DNA from: Camelus dromedarius
Lineage: Eukaryota
Assembly (NCBI RefSeq): GCF_036321535.1
Contig: NC_087438.1
Coordinates: 7,256,001 to 7,320,000 of the forward strand
DNA length: 64,000 bases
Reading direction: 5' to 3'
Under the pieces are notes generated by a model. It saw only the letters and a program-made list of their open reading frames with translations. It was not told where the DNA came from and ran no database searches. The translations under genes and the position numbers were made by a program. The first letter of the stretch is position 1, and every line of letters begins with the position of its first letter. This document shows, one piece after another, positions 1 through 12,300 of this stretch.

Positions 1-198
1 GTAAGATTTGTAATTTTACTGCATGTGAATTTGGTGGGAGTCTTACTCCACCACAGAATGTTTTTTCATTTTTAGTGCAGAGCCTGGGGCTGTGCCTTTT
101 ATAGCCTTCACTCTCCTTTTGTACCCCTAGCCTTGTTGTTCTGAGGTTTTCAGTGTTTGGATTTATCCTAGTAAACAAAACATTATTCTTTCTTTGAC

Positions 199-658
199 GT
201 TTTTGTTTTCTTTTTCCCATTGAGGCATTGTATTGGCATATATTTATACATCCCTAGAAAAAGAATTCCAGGATTTTCTCTCCTATATGTTTTTATCTTG
301 TTTCTTCCTGGTCCTTGATGCCAGCTCAGGTTGTCAGTACAATGAAACCAAACTAACAGAAGGGAAGCAGGTTACTTTGCCATTTTTCTAGATTTTTGAG
401 TTGCCCTTCAAATCATGGTTTTTAACTTGCCTGTGAGGTTCATAATAATTTTCCCAGCTCTGTGATCATCCATGATTTGAAATTGACCAGTGTAACCATG
501 CTTCATCATTACAGTTAGAAAGCAGATGATGACTTTGGAGCATGGCTTGGTAAGAACCTGGCATTTGCCTCTCTTTTCAGCATTGTTAATGCTCTTGAGA
601 GCATCCGGCACATCATTCCATCAGTGTTAACAGTAGCACGGAAAGATGGTGGAAAGAG
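199..658 (-). pseudogene. RPS15A: RPS15A processed pseudogene, full-length and disabled
   Basis: The minus strand reads CTCTTTCC (5'TOP start), then [28 protein letters not shown] through ..KILEFFF* (TAG at 254-256), a 3' UTR and a decayed poly(A). It has no introns, an internal deletion and stops. TSD-like TTTCTTTGAC occurs at 189-198 and 660-669. Confidence 0.93.
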
Positions 659-726
659 TTTTCTTTGACTTTCTATGTTAGTGGTAGTTGTGCTTGGTTT
701 TTTTTTTTAAATTGTTATTTGTTTTT

Positions 727-1079
727 TGTTGTTTTAAATCATTTTATTGAGGTATGATTGACATGTAAAAAAGATATGTATGTATATATTATGTATACAT
801 CTTAATAAGTTTGGGGATAAGTGTACATTCATCAAACCAAGGCCATAGACATATCCATCACCTCCTGAAGTTTCCTCCTGTCCCCTTTGTTACTTGTCTG
901 TGTAGTAAGAACACTTAAAATTTTCTGAGAGTAGATCCTCTGTGAAGTGTATAATACAAAGCATTGTTAGCTGTAGACATTATGCTGAATAATAGATCTC
1001 CAGAGCTTTCTTATCTTATGCGATGGGAACTTTCTAACCTTTGAACATCACCTCCCCTTTTCCTTTTCACCCCAGCTCC

Positions 1080-1080
<1 letters not shown>
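727..1080 (-). mobile_element. old L1 (L1M-type) 3' end fragment
   Basis: T-rich tail followed by TTTATTGAGGTATGATTGACA..., typical of an antisense L1 3' UTR. Confidence 0.65.

Positions 1081-1083
<3 letters not shown>

Positions 1084-1118
<35 letters not shown>
1084..1118. repeat. (GT)n microsatellite
   Basis: About 17 perfect GT units. Confidence 0.98.
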
Positions 1119-1120
<2 letters not shown>

Positions 1121-1134
1121 GCTGCTGAGACCTA

Positions 1135-1480
1135 ATGTATGTCTTAGTCTCAGATGACCCCCAAACCTGAGCAGCTTAAAGCAACAAAAGGTTAGTTCCT
1201 CACTGACCTATCATGCCCAGTGTGGGTGGGGAGAGATGCTAACTCTGGTCACCTGGAGATTTAGATTGGAGACTATGTCTTGGCACGTGATTCCACAATC
1301 ATTGAGGCAAGAACTTCCGGTGTGATGAATTGTGTTCATCAGTGCCCAGAACTTCTACCTAGAAATACACATCATTATAGCTCATATTTCATTGACCAAA
1401 GCAAGTCACATGTCCATGTATTATTTCAGAGGTGGCAGGAAAGTGCAGTCCTGCCATATAACCAGAAAGTGGAAGTCAAA
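1135..1480. mobile_element. MLT1-like MaLR LTR fossil
   Basis: GCAGCTTAAAGCAACAAAAGGTT... and ATTGACCAAAGCAAGTCACATG motifs; subfamily and bounds uncertain. Confidence 0.55.
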
Positions 1481-1699
1481 AATGTTTGATGACTAATGCT
1501 GCTGGTTTCTGCAGTCCCTAACAACATTAATTCCTGCCTGGTTGGATGAAGTAGGTGTGCTCATTGGGATGCATTTCAGTCTACAACTTCATTAGACCAT
1601 ATTTTAGAGAGGGAACAGTATTTTTTTTCCATATTACTACCTTTTGTCATTTGTTCTTTCTTCCCACATCTACTTAGACACTACTGTAGAAGGTCTTTC

Positions 1700-1906
1700 G
1701 ATTTTTCAAAATTGAAGTATCATTATTTAATGTCTTTGAATTTTTGGCAAATGCATACAGTCATTTAGCCACCATAATCAAAGGTGTAGAATAGTTCTTT
1801 CACTCCCCAAAGTATCTCCGTGCCCTTTTATGGTCAGCTCCACCCCCAGACCCTGGCAATCACTGAACTGTTTCTGTCTATAGTTTTACCTTTTCAAGAA
1901 TGTTAA

Positions 1907-1940
<34 letters not shown>

Positions 1941-2660
1941 TTATTATTATTATTTTATTGAAGTATATTATAATGTGTCTGTCTCTGGTGTACAGCATAA
2001 TATCTCAGTCATGCATATACATACATGTATTTTCAAGAATGTTATAAATGGAATTAAACAGTATGTAGCTTTTTGAGTCTCACTCCTTTCACTTAACATA
2101 ATGCATTTGAGATTCATTCACATTGTTGCATGTATCAGCAATTTGTTCCTTTTTATTGCTGAATAGTAGTCTATTGCAGGGATGTACCATAGTTTGTTTA
2201 TAAATTTCCCAATTGTGAATGCTTTGGTCAATTGTTTCCAGTTTTGGGGAATTATGAATAAAATCATTATATGTATTCACATAGGTTTTTGTGTGAACAT
2301 AAGTTTTCATTTTACTAGCTTAAATGCCTAGAAATAGGATTGCTGAATGTGTGGTAAGGGGTTATGTGTTTTTCTTTTTGTTGTTTTAATAGTTATATAG
2401 TGGTATCTTACTGTGATTTAAACTTTTTTTAAATGTTTTTAATTAAAACATTGATGGTAAAATTTACCAATGTAAGCATTTTTAAGTGTGTAATTCAGTG
2501 ACATTAAATATAGGCACATAGCTGTGCAGCCATCAGCATTTTTAATTGTGATTTTAATTTGCATTTCCCTAATGATGTTAGCGTTGTTTTCATTTGTATA
2601 CCTTCTTTGGGAAGTGTATCTGTTCAGCTTTTGCTGAAAATTTTTTGGGGGACTATTTTC
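1700..2660 (-). mobile_element. old L1M 3' region with nested younger insertions
   Basis: GCATTTGAGATTCATTCACATTGTTGCATGTATC and TTGCATTTCCCTAATGA are antisense L1 motifs. Confidence 0.75.
1906..2029 (-). mobile_element. 5'-truncated younger L1 with (TAA)n tail and 15-bp TSD
   Basis: TSD TTTTCAAGAATGTTA at 1891-1905 and 2030-2044; body TTTATTGAAGTATA..CTGGTGTACAGCATAAT is an antisense L1 3' end. Confidence 0.85.
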
Positions 2661-3926
2661 TTATTGTTAAGACTCCAATTAGTAAGGTGGGCAAAGGACT
2701 CAAACAGTTTACAAAGAGAGAGAACTTGGCAAAATGTAGAAGTGTCCACTAGTAATGAAACTGCTTCTTCATTAGCTGCTGTATTCCCTAGTCATTTTTA
2801 CCCTTATATTTCAATAATGTAATGTGTTTTATCAGAGGGGCAATCTATTGTGCAAACAGAAGAATATAATAAAGCTAGAGGAGTAGATGGGAGAGATATA
2901 TAGGATATTGATATTAAATTTTGAAAAACAAACATTCAAGAAAACTTGACATATGCATATGTTATACACAAGATGCATAATAAAGTCAAAAGATGTCTTT
3001 TGGAATTGAGGTTAGGTTTTAATCCTCATTTTCTCATTAACTTGCTTGATAATTTAGTTGCTCCTGAGGAACTGAAATAGGGTTAGCTAGTTTAAGTATA
3101 CTGCCCACTTGTCCTTGACTGTCACAGGTGGTGGGGTCAAATTTTTTTCTTGTGCTTTTTTGCTGGGGTACAGCAGCAATTATTGTCTAAAACCTTTTTG
3201 TCTTGCTGGGTTGTCCCTTTCCTGGTCTTGACTAGAAAGAACAGGCTTTTGGGGGAAATTTTTTGGTCTGTTCTCATTGGTGTTTCTAGGTGGCCAGCTT
3301 CTCCACCTCAGTCAGCAATCCAGGATACTAGGCAAAACACAGACCCAGAGGACTCGCTGCCTCGTAGTTCCTTGAGGTTGCAGCTCCTTCTGCTGGTCTG
3401 CTTTCTCGTCACCTTTTAGAGTCGCCTTACATTTGTTTTGTATGTGATGTCCTGGCTTTGGCGGGAGGAATAGGGACTGTTTCATCTTGACCTGGAACCT
3501 TTGGTTCTCGTCAGGCCTCTGCTAGTCCTTACTGTTGCCTTTCTCTAGAGCTAACCTTTATCCTGATTTTTAAATGTATGTTAGTTTTTCGTGGTTTTGA
3601 ATTTTTACACATGGAATTGTATAGCTGTAGATACTCTTTGTGTATCTTTATCTCTCAATATCACTTTGTGAGATAAATCTAAATTGTGGTTGGCAATTTT
3701 GGTTGGTTTATTCTCTTTGCTATGTAGTATTAAATTGTGTGAATATACCAAAATTTTTTTATTCAAATTTATTTGCCAAATTTAGGCAAAATGGTAGTTT
3801 CCATTTTGGAGGTAGTGTTATGAATGGAGCTTCTATGAACATTCTTGCACATGTCTTTGAACATAAGTATATAGGAAACTACAATTTTAAAAGTAAGATA
3901 CTAGCAGAATGGTACACAAATACATA

Positions 3927-4210
3927 CAGTTGATCATTGAACAACACTGGTTTGAATGAACTACTTGGGTCCACTTACATGCGGGTTTTTTCCAATAATT
4001 AAGTAGTCGGTCTGCACATTTGTAGGTTTCAGAAATCTGCAAATTCAACCAACCTTAGATTGAAATTTTCAGCTGCAATTACTTGAATCCGCGGATGTGG
4101 AGGGAACTTGAGGAAATGGAAGGTCAACTACAGAACTGGAGCACCCTGAATTTTTGGTGTACGTGGGGGCACCTGGAAGCAATCAGTCCATGGATATCGA
4201 GGGTCAGCTG
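3927..4210. mobile_element. MER2/Tigger-family (TcMar) DNA transposon fossil
   Basis: TA|CAGTTGATCATTGAACAACAC...GATATCGAGGGTCAGCTG|TA, with inverted termini and TA duplication. Confidence 0.8.
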
Positions 4211-5780
4211 TACTATAGGTGACATACCCATATTAAATAAGGAAAGAACTTTCCCCCCAACCCTAATGCCTCAAAAGTAGCAACTGTTAATAGTTTCTTA
4301 TGTTTTCCAGAGTGTTTAGTCATGACCTCTATATACCTATGCCTTGTTTCAGATTTTTCTGCTGGAACATGGATTGGCAGGGAAAAAGCTTCCATTCCTT
4401 CTACACACAGACTAGCTAAGGAAACTTAGGTGAGGATGTGGAACAGTGGCAGGTGCAGCCTGTCTCTTAGACAGCTTTTCCTGGCCCCTAGTTCCCTGAT
4501 AAAGTGTGGATAAGGTGTGACGGTGTGGGTCGGGGCCTGCTAAACAACTGAATGGTTGCCCTACAAGTGTTTTATAGCTAGAGCTTGTCTTTCTGGTTGA
4601 CTTATACCGACTCTCTTTGCATTTCCATTTAGGGAAATATTTATACATAAGGTACTCTTGAACAAAACTCATTTAGTCACAACTTCATCGTGTGGGAGTA
4701 AACAGTCAGTACTGCAGAAAAGATTTGTGATACTGTTTCTTGGACAAAATCTTGTATTAGTCATTTAGAGTAAATGGTTTTAAATTAAAATTGGGTTGTT
4801 GATTGCACAAAAATAGGTTTTTAGGATTGTTGAGAGAGTTATTATTTGAATGTTACTCTGCTTTCTTTCTATGATGAAGATATAGCCAGTGAAAGTTTTA
4901 ACAGGTTTTTAAAAGCATGGTCAATGAAAAAGAAAATCGCTAACATGAGTTTTCATATTTGTGTGTCTATATTAAATAAATCAGAATCTAAGACTTCCTA
5001 CTAAAGAACTTCATTGATAAAATTGGACTTGGTAGTGTTAGTAAAATAAAAGTTCATCTATGGTATTTACTAATTGCATGTTTAACCTTTGATTATTTTT
5101 CTAAAGTTTCATTATGTAAAATTTCAAACTCTTACAAACAGATTAATGTAATAAACTTCCAAATAACCAGCATCTAGATTTAACAGATACTAGCATGTGG
5201 CTGATAATTTTTTTTTAATCTCTATCCTTTCCTTCTGACCTCCCCACACATCTGCCAGATTGTTTTAAAGGAAATCTTAGATACACTTTCTTTTCATGTA
5301 AATACTTATATGTTCTAAGAGATAATACCTTCTTTTAAACAAATGACCACAATACCACTGTCATACTACTTACTGGCTTTATCCGCCTAGTTTTAAAATG
5401 ACTGTCGGTATTATTGCTACTAACATGATGATTACTGGACTCTGCCAGGATTTCTTTGTATTTCCTTCTGTCTTAGGATGTATGATCATGTTTTAAAGTC
5501 TCTGTTTTGTTATTCAGCTTGATATACATAGGTTCATTTGTTTGATTTGTTTTTGGTTTATTTTCCATTTTGATATACTTTTGTTTTTTATTGTTATGTA
5601 AAAGATTTCCGTAGTTCTAAAACAAGGTGTTTCCGAAGTCTAATGTTCCCTTCCCTTTCTTTTTATATAATCAGTGGAACTTGTGAAGTCCCTGATAAAA
5701 ATTAATGATAATTTTGTGTATATGTGTATTTTGAGAGAGCCATAGTTGTTCTGATTTTTTTCAGGTGTTCCCTGAGCTTA

Positions 5781-5834
5781 TGTGTGTGTGTGTGTGTGTG
5801 TCTGTGTGTGTGTGTGTCTGTGTGTGTGTGTGTG
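5781..5834. repeat. interrupted (TG)n microsatellite
   Basis: TG run with two TC interruptions. Confidence 0.95.
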
Positions 5835-6985
5835 TATGTGTATGTATATATGTGTAGGAATCACACTTTTTTTGCTCTCGGGATCCCTGTACGCTCTTAG
5901 AAAAGACTCAGAAGAGCTTTTATTTGCTGTATAATAAAATAAAACAAAATTTAGAAATATTTGCTCACTTAACACAGCCATTATATGTTAATATAATTTT
6001 TTCATGAAAATAACTATTCCAAACCCCAAGTTTTGTTGAAAAGAGTGAATTTGTTTTATATTTGCATATCTCTTGAATGTCTGGTTTAATGGGAGGCAGC
6101 TGCATTCAGACAGCTGTCTCATGTAGTCTCTGGAAAACTCCAGTGTACACTGGCCAGACAATAAGAGTAAAAGAATGTCTTAAGTGTTACAACGAAAATA
6201 GTTTTGACCTTGCCCAGTGAGTTTCAGTTCTCTAGTCTAGACTTGGTTGAACAGAGCTCTGGGGCTTGATTTAGATTTGTTTTGTTTGCTTTGTTTTGTT
6301 TGCTTAGTTGTTGTTGGTTTGCCCTTCAAAAGGGTGAGTCTACTGAAAATCAGTGTCTGTTGTTATTCAGGTATGTTTCTGTGTCCTGCTTAGTGGAGAT
6401 CTGGTGTCCCCAGTCCTGCCCCGACCCCAGTCTCATCTGCCACTCGCCCTCCCCCCACCCCAGGCCTCCTGCAGAGTATGGGGAGATGTGGTGCCTCTTG
6501 CAGTGGGCACACCCCTTAGCTACCCACTGTGTGGTCCCCCCTGAGGCTCCCTCAAGCCACTGGGGTCTAGGTCGCCCTAGAGAGGCTGGTCCAAACCACA
6601 GGAGGAGCCCACCTGGTGATCAGCCGTTCACACCGACGTTGGTATTGTTCCTGGTGTTTGTCTCTGCATCCCTGCTAGCTGAGGTTTGCCAGTGAGGGCT
6701 ATCCTGGCCCAACCCCAGTCCATTGTCACGTAACTGATGGCTGACCAGTCACGGTGTTTCTGGAGGGCAGTGTGATGGCCCTCGTTTGTATAAGTGCAGC
6801 AGTGTCTCTGCTGCCTCCCTTTGCACTGTGTTCTGACTACTGGACACCCCTAGCCATGCTGTCACTAATGTGCCCTGATGTCTACTCCCACAGCCATCTG
6901 AGAGCTGGCTGGGGAGACAGGATAAAGTGGGACCACTTTGCCCTATGATTGCACCAGCCCACTTACTCTTGCACCCAGCCCACCC

Positions 6986-8591
6986 AAAGTGGTTGATCCT
7001 GCAGTAGCACGTGCCTCTCCCTAAAGTTAATCCACAGGTGTGTAAGCTCTCACGGCTGGTACCGTGATGTAATGAAGGACTTTGAGTGGTCATTTGGCTC
7101 CTACCTGCAGAGCTGTGGGAATTCTGGAACTAATCAGTGCCCATGGGCATCGGTTGCTATTGCTGTGATGGTTCTAGATAACCTAGATTGCACGTCCTGT
7201 GGCCCTGTCAAGAAGTAGTTGTGCCTACCTTGGTGACCACCATGACTGAGAATACAGATTTGGTTCCATAGAGGGAATCTGGTAATTGACTGTCACAACC
7301 AAGGAAGACAGCAGTCTGTGGCCCGGGAGGGCAGTGATCAAAAAACAATACTAGACTCTTTCAAGGTCCTGTAATTGGAATGAGTCCACTTAAAATCCTT
7401 CAAGGCGGATCCTTGCAGGGCAAACCTGGTGTTAGCACCTGCGGTAATCCCCGGCTTCTGTAGCAGGGTATGGAGTTTGGTGCCATTAAAATGTGTGATC
7501 TGCTGTGCAGCATTGGGTCCACGCCAGGGAACCTCTGTCTGCATCCCCACCCACTGCTTCTCGGAGCCCTCGTGCCTTCTAGCTGAGTTTCCCTAGACTG
7601 AAGTGTGCACTTGAGGAAATTAGGGTACTCAAAGCTGATGCAAGCTGCATGCACATTGCTGCTGGGAGTCATGGAATGGGAGCGTGGTTCTATTTTTTTG
7701 TGTTGGAACTTTGATTGCGGATGCCAATTAGATGAAACGCCTGGGAAGTTTGTATTGCACCTCTAGAGCTTAAAGTCTTAGATATATGCAAGACCGACCA
7801 GAGTGGAAGCTTTTGCCGAGGGTGTTTTCATTAATTAAGAATGAAGGTGAAAATGGGAGGTTTGGAAAGGTTCAGTTCCCTTGTAGTTCTGATGGTAAAC
7901 CATGCCGACCCACCAGCGTTATTCCCAGTAAAGTGCCTGCAATTTCTGGGAAATCAAAGTTTTTTGGATGGTAGTAGCTAGAGGGTCTGTTCCAAAGCTG
8001 AAATTGAAAGGCACAGCGTTGTAATCTTCGCTTAATTTGACTCAGCCTGAACAACTCTACGCGACTCCCATCGTGAACAGGATTGGCACGTTAATATAGC
8101 TCTTCCATGGGTGCTGGTGCATGGCCTTTCTGCATTGCTGAAATGATTTGTCTAGTTTATTGATAATAACCAGGGAGACTAGCATGCTAAACACCTAGGT
8201 CACCCCAAGTGCTCGATAATCCTAACTTCAGCAAGTGTTGTTTAGCCACCAAAGATTGAGCAGTCACAAGTCTGTGATGCTCTTAAGTGTCTGGGATCAC
8301 GCCACACTGCTCAGCATGTGTGTATCCTATTTTGGTGGGTGCCGGGGATTTAGTTTTAAATCCATAAATGATAAGCTCTGGGTTGTAATTATTCCTCACT
8401 AATGAGGAGTTCCCTGTGAGAGAGTAGATCAGAAGCTTGTGTTAAGTCCCTCCCCCTTGTTCACACTGCCTGTTGCCCCTCAGATTGCCTGTGTGGGGTC
8501 GGTACTTGGCTTTGGTGGATTGCTGAGAAGTTGGTGTGAATGAAAGTTGAGACCAGGTTTTGGTAGGTTGTCCTGTGGGAAGACGGCATTA
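6986..8591 (+). pseudogene. decayed 18S rRNA copy (orphan rDNA fragment)
   Basis: Collinear 18S landmarks: TGGTTGATCCTGCAGTAGCA (~6990), GTAATTGGAATGAGTCCACTT (7371), CAAAGCTGAAATTGAAAGG (~7993), GCTTAATTTGACTCA (8030), GGTGCATGGCC (~8116), GTCTGTGATGCTCTTA (~8270), TTAAGTCCCTCCCCCTTGTTCACACTGCC (~8442) and a 3' end ..CATTA (~8591). Many substitutions and deletions. Confidence 0.92.
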
Positions 8592-9292
8592 AGGCACGAG
8601 TGAGCACGTGGGTCCGTTTCAGTCGTCTGTATGTCACTAACATGCCACCCTGGGCGAGACGGACAGATGTTTCCTGAGAACCACTTGGGGCGCCGGTGGA
8701 GGAAGTGAGGGAAGAGCTGCTGCCCTTTGGCGATGGACCCGGTAGCCCTGGACTCCAGTAGTTTGTGCTTAAGGCAGTCTTTGGCTTGCTTCTCCGAGCC
8801 TTGCACCTTCCTGGTCTTGCGGTGCCCCATTGTGCATGAGTGCGTCTCTCTCCCTCTAGTGGAGGGATGTCTCCAGGGCTGCTCACTGCTGTTTCTGCGT
8901 TAAGTCCTGTGATGAGTTTTTGTGGAATTTAAACTTAGGACTTTAAACTTAGGACATGAATGGTACCTGATTTTGCATATTTCTATTTATTATTTGTTAG
9001 TTATGAGAGTGCAGTTTTAAATAAAACCACTGTTTCTGTTGTTTTCAGTTTGGATTTATTTACAAGATCATACAAAGGAACAATTGGCCTACTTATATAA
9101 TATAGAATTTTAAATTTCAGTTATATACTTGATGACCATCCTTTCCACACTTTTCAGTTCTCCATGATGTTGATTGATGTTTTACCTAGTGATAGATTCT
9201 TCTTTAACATGTAGTAGTTCAGTTTTTGGCGGTTTGTTATTTTTTAAAAAGTTACAACCGAGGATAATTCAATTTTTCTTTTTCATTAATAG

Positions 9293-9389
9293 ACATATGT
9301 AGAGTGTGTCGGTCAGAAGGAACACCTGAGAAACCTCTTTACCATCCTTGTGTATGTACCGGCAGTATTAAGTTTATCCATCAAGAATG
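9293..9389 (+). CDS. MARCHF6: exon 2, N-terminal half of the RING-CH domain
   Basis: taatag|ACATATGT...GAATG|gtgagt; (D)[31 protein letters not shown](C). Confidence 0.97.
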
Positions 9390-12300
9390 GTGAGTTATCC
9401 CTTTAGAAAATTTTTATGTCTGAGCCTCACTTTTGTAATCTATGTAATTGGGGGGTGGTTTTCAGTGAACTTTCTCTGTAATTAATTATTTTAAAAAATT
9501 TATTTTGAAAGTTTGGAAATTACCCATATTCCTTATTACCATGCCATGTCATTTTGTATGTTGTCTTCTAGGTGCATGTGAGTACCTATTTGTTAATTTT
9601 ACCATGGAGAGCTTACTTTGTTCATGGGAAGTGTTATGACTTTCTAGTTTTGCTTGGCGTGATTATAGCTTACATTTATGAAATGCGTTGTGTCAGATAA
9701 TACCTAGTGCTTTTATACGTCTTAACTCATTTAATCCTTACAACAAAACTGTGAGGTGGAGTATTATTATTATGCAGGTGAGGAAACTGACAGCCAGTTA
9801 GTGACAGACCTAGCCACCAGGTAGCAGTATTAAGGGACCAGTATTAGAACTGATGTTGATGCTTGGAGATTCTTTCACATTCAGTTAACTTTGAGGAGAT
9901 TACAGTTTACATTAATTCATTAATTTAGTCCAGTTAATCTAAATTGCTTTTTAATAGTAGAAATACATGTTGGTTGTATCTTTGGTATGGTTCTGTACTG
10001 TTAGAGGGCATCAGTGGTAAAATGTTAAGGATATTCTAAATTTAAAATTGTGAAAGTTCTGTGATATGTAATATTTTAATAAAGCAGTATTAATTTTCAA
10101 CGAAATGTTAAAGTTTCTTTGTCATGAACGCTGTACTTATGAATGCATTTGTAATTGCAGCTTAGTTCAGTGGCTGAAACACAGTCGAAAAGAATACTGT
10201 GAATTATGCAAGCACAGATTTGCTTTCACACCAAGTAAGTTCTTTAGAAGTTTTCACTGCATTTCTAGGTTATAACTGGCGGCATAAAGATGTTTAAACA
10301 GTTCTAAGGCAACTATTTTCAGGTTCATTTTTCTTTAATAGTAATAGAAAGTATTGCTGTAACATTTTGGAAAATATTTTTAAAAACTACATGTCAGCTT
10401 ATAACACATACATACATACGTGTGTGTGTGTATGAGAGAGAGTGATTTAATTTGGGGGATTTAAAAAAAATTTTTACTTAGACTAGTTCAAATGTATACA
10501 AAGGTATAATGAGCCCATATGTATCTATCACTCCGTTTCACCCATTTTCAACTCATGGCCTGTACATGTCATTACCTATGTTCTTGTTCCACCTCTCCAT
10601 CCTTTTTAAAATAAACCCCATCATTTATGATTTCTGTACATATTTTAGCATGTATGCCTAAAAAGTAAGGGTTCTTTTTTAAAAACATAGCTATAATACC
10701 ATTATTCACTGTGAAAAATTAATGATGCCTTGAATTTATCAAGTAACCCATCCCTGTTCAAATTTGGGTTGTCTTTTGAGTTAAAATTGTGTAAGTTGGA
10801 CTAACAATAATAATAAAGACAAAGATTTAATTCACTTTTTAGAAATAAGACTTAATTTTAAGCTCAATATTTTGTAAGCCTATGATAAATATTTTGCAGG
10901 TCTTTAAAATAATGATTATATTTTACAGTTCCTTTATCTATTGATTGATATTTAATGTTGTTTATCTTAAATAAGTAGAGGTTTATACTGGCAAGTTATC
11001 AAGAATTTCAGGCATATTTTCATTCTGGGATCATAGTACATTGTCCTCTCCTTTCCCCTCCCCTCAAAGGTTTTTTGTGTTTTATCTTCTTTCTTTTTTT
11101 CCTTAAAAGCATTTTGAATTGCTGCATGTGAATTCTTTAAATTAGTGTTAGTTTTACTTTGTTTTTTATGTGAAAAGTATATATGTTTAAAATTATTACA
11201 GTTTTACTTCTGAAGCTTTATATTCATTGTGCTAAAAAAAATGCCTGTTGTGTTATTTTGTAGTCTTTTCTGTAGGGCATAAAAACTACGGCTTAAAAGT
11301 TTATTGCAAACTGCAAGACTAAATAGTTGAATATCTTCATGAAGTTTGATTAATGGGAAATAATCATGTGAGCTTTTTTGTTGTGAGGCCAGTAAAAGTT
11401 TGTGTTTGTACTATTGTAGTTTTCATTCAGCAGTCATGTGCTCTGTTTTATCTTTCTCAAAAATTCTATTTACTGGTTTAATGACTTGCTACTGTTTATC
11501 AAATATCCTCTTAAAGTAAGTGGTCTTTGTGGGCGTGTTGTAAAAGTTAGTTTGTTACTTGTTTATTCCTTAATGTTTATAGCTGTGAATAGTTTTGTAA
11601 TAGTATGCTCATAAATTTTAGATCACTGATTTTAAAACTTTATCATAGTTCTTTGTTCTGGCCTCACTGGAGAAAGAAACGTTTGTTCCTTCTGTATATT
11701 GTTTCTGAGGTACCTATTGGTAGAGAAGTGGTTTTCATTGACACCATTTAAAAAGGAAATCTTTCTAAAATGGGGTAAATAGGTTCACACACAATTCCAA
11801 CGTGTGTGTGGGAGTGGGTGTCCCTACATCAGCAAGCAGTTCTGCAGGACACCAACTGGGGATCCTGCAGCTTTACTCAGTTCTGACACCGTCAGTCCCT
11901 AGATAGCACTGGGTTCCACCAGCTGAGGGCTCAGTCCCCTAACTTCTTTCAGATGCTAGTCACAAACCCAGGCTGTTACCTGTGCTTCTGACATTCTGAC
12001 CCACCGACTTTAAATTTAAAAGATTCCCAAATGACCCCTTCCTTGGGTTCAATTAATTTGCTAGTACAGGTCATAGAACTTAGAGAAACATTTTACTTAC
12101 TAGATCGTTAGTTTAGTATAAAAGGATATAATTCAGGAACAGCCAGATTGAAGAGATGCATAAGGTAAGCTATGTAGGAAGAGGGAGCACACCATTATCC
12201 CCAAATCTCCATGTATTCACCAACTTGGACGGTCTCTGAATCCCAGGGCTTTTGGGTTTTTATGAAGGCCTTGTCACGTAGGCATAATTGATTAAATTAT

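Noticed and set aside
1..10. GTAAGA at the window start as the exon 1 donor
   Set aside because: The upstream sequence is not visible, and there is no CpG-island character that a first exon would be expected to show.
1906..1958. Orthologue of the human FAME3 TTTTA/TTTCA repeat
   Set aside because: The unit is ATT, there is no TTTCA array, and it belongs to a lineage-specific L1 tail. It is kept only as an analogy.
6986..8591. Functional 18S rRNA gene or contamination from another eukaryote
   Set aside because: Universally conserved motifs are mutated and segments are deleted. No 5.8S or 28S follows, and the sequence is embedded in a continuous intron.
6282..8886. Longer ORFs of 114-141 aa around the rDNA relic
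   Set aside because: They are by-products of GC-rich, stop-poor sequence and show no recognisable protein similarity.
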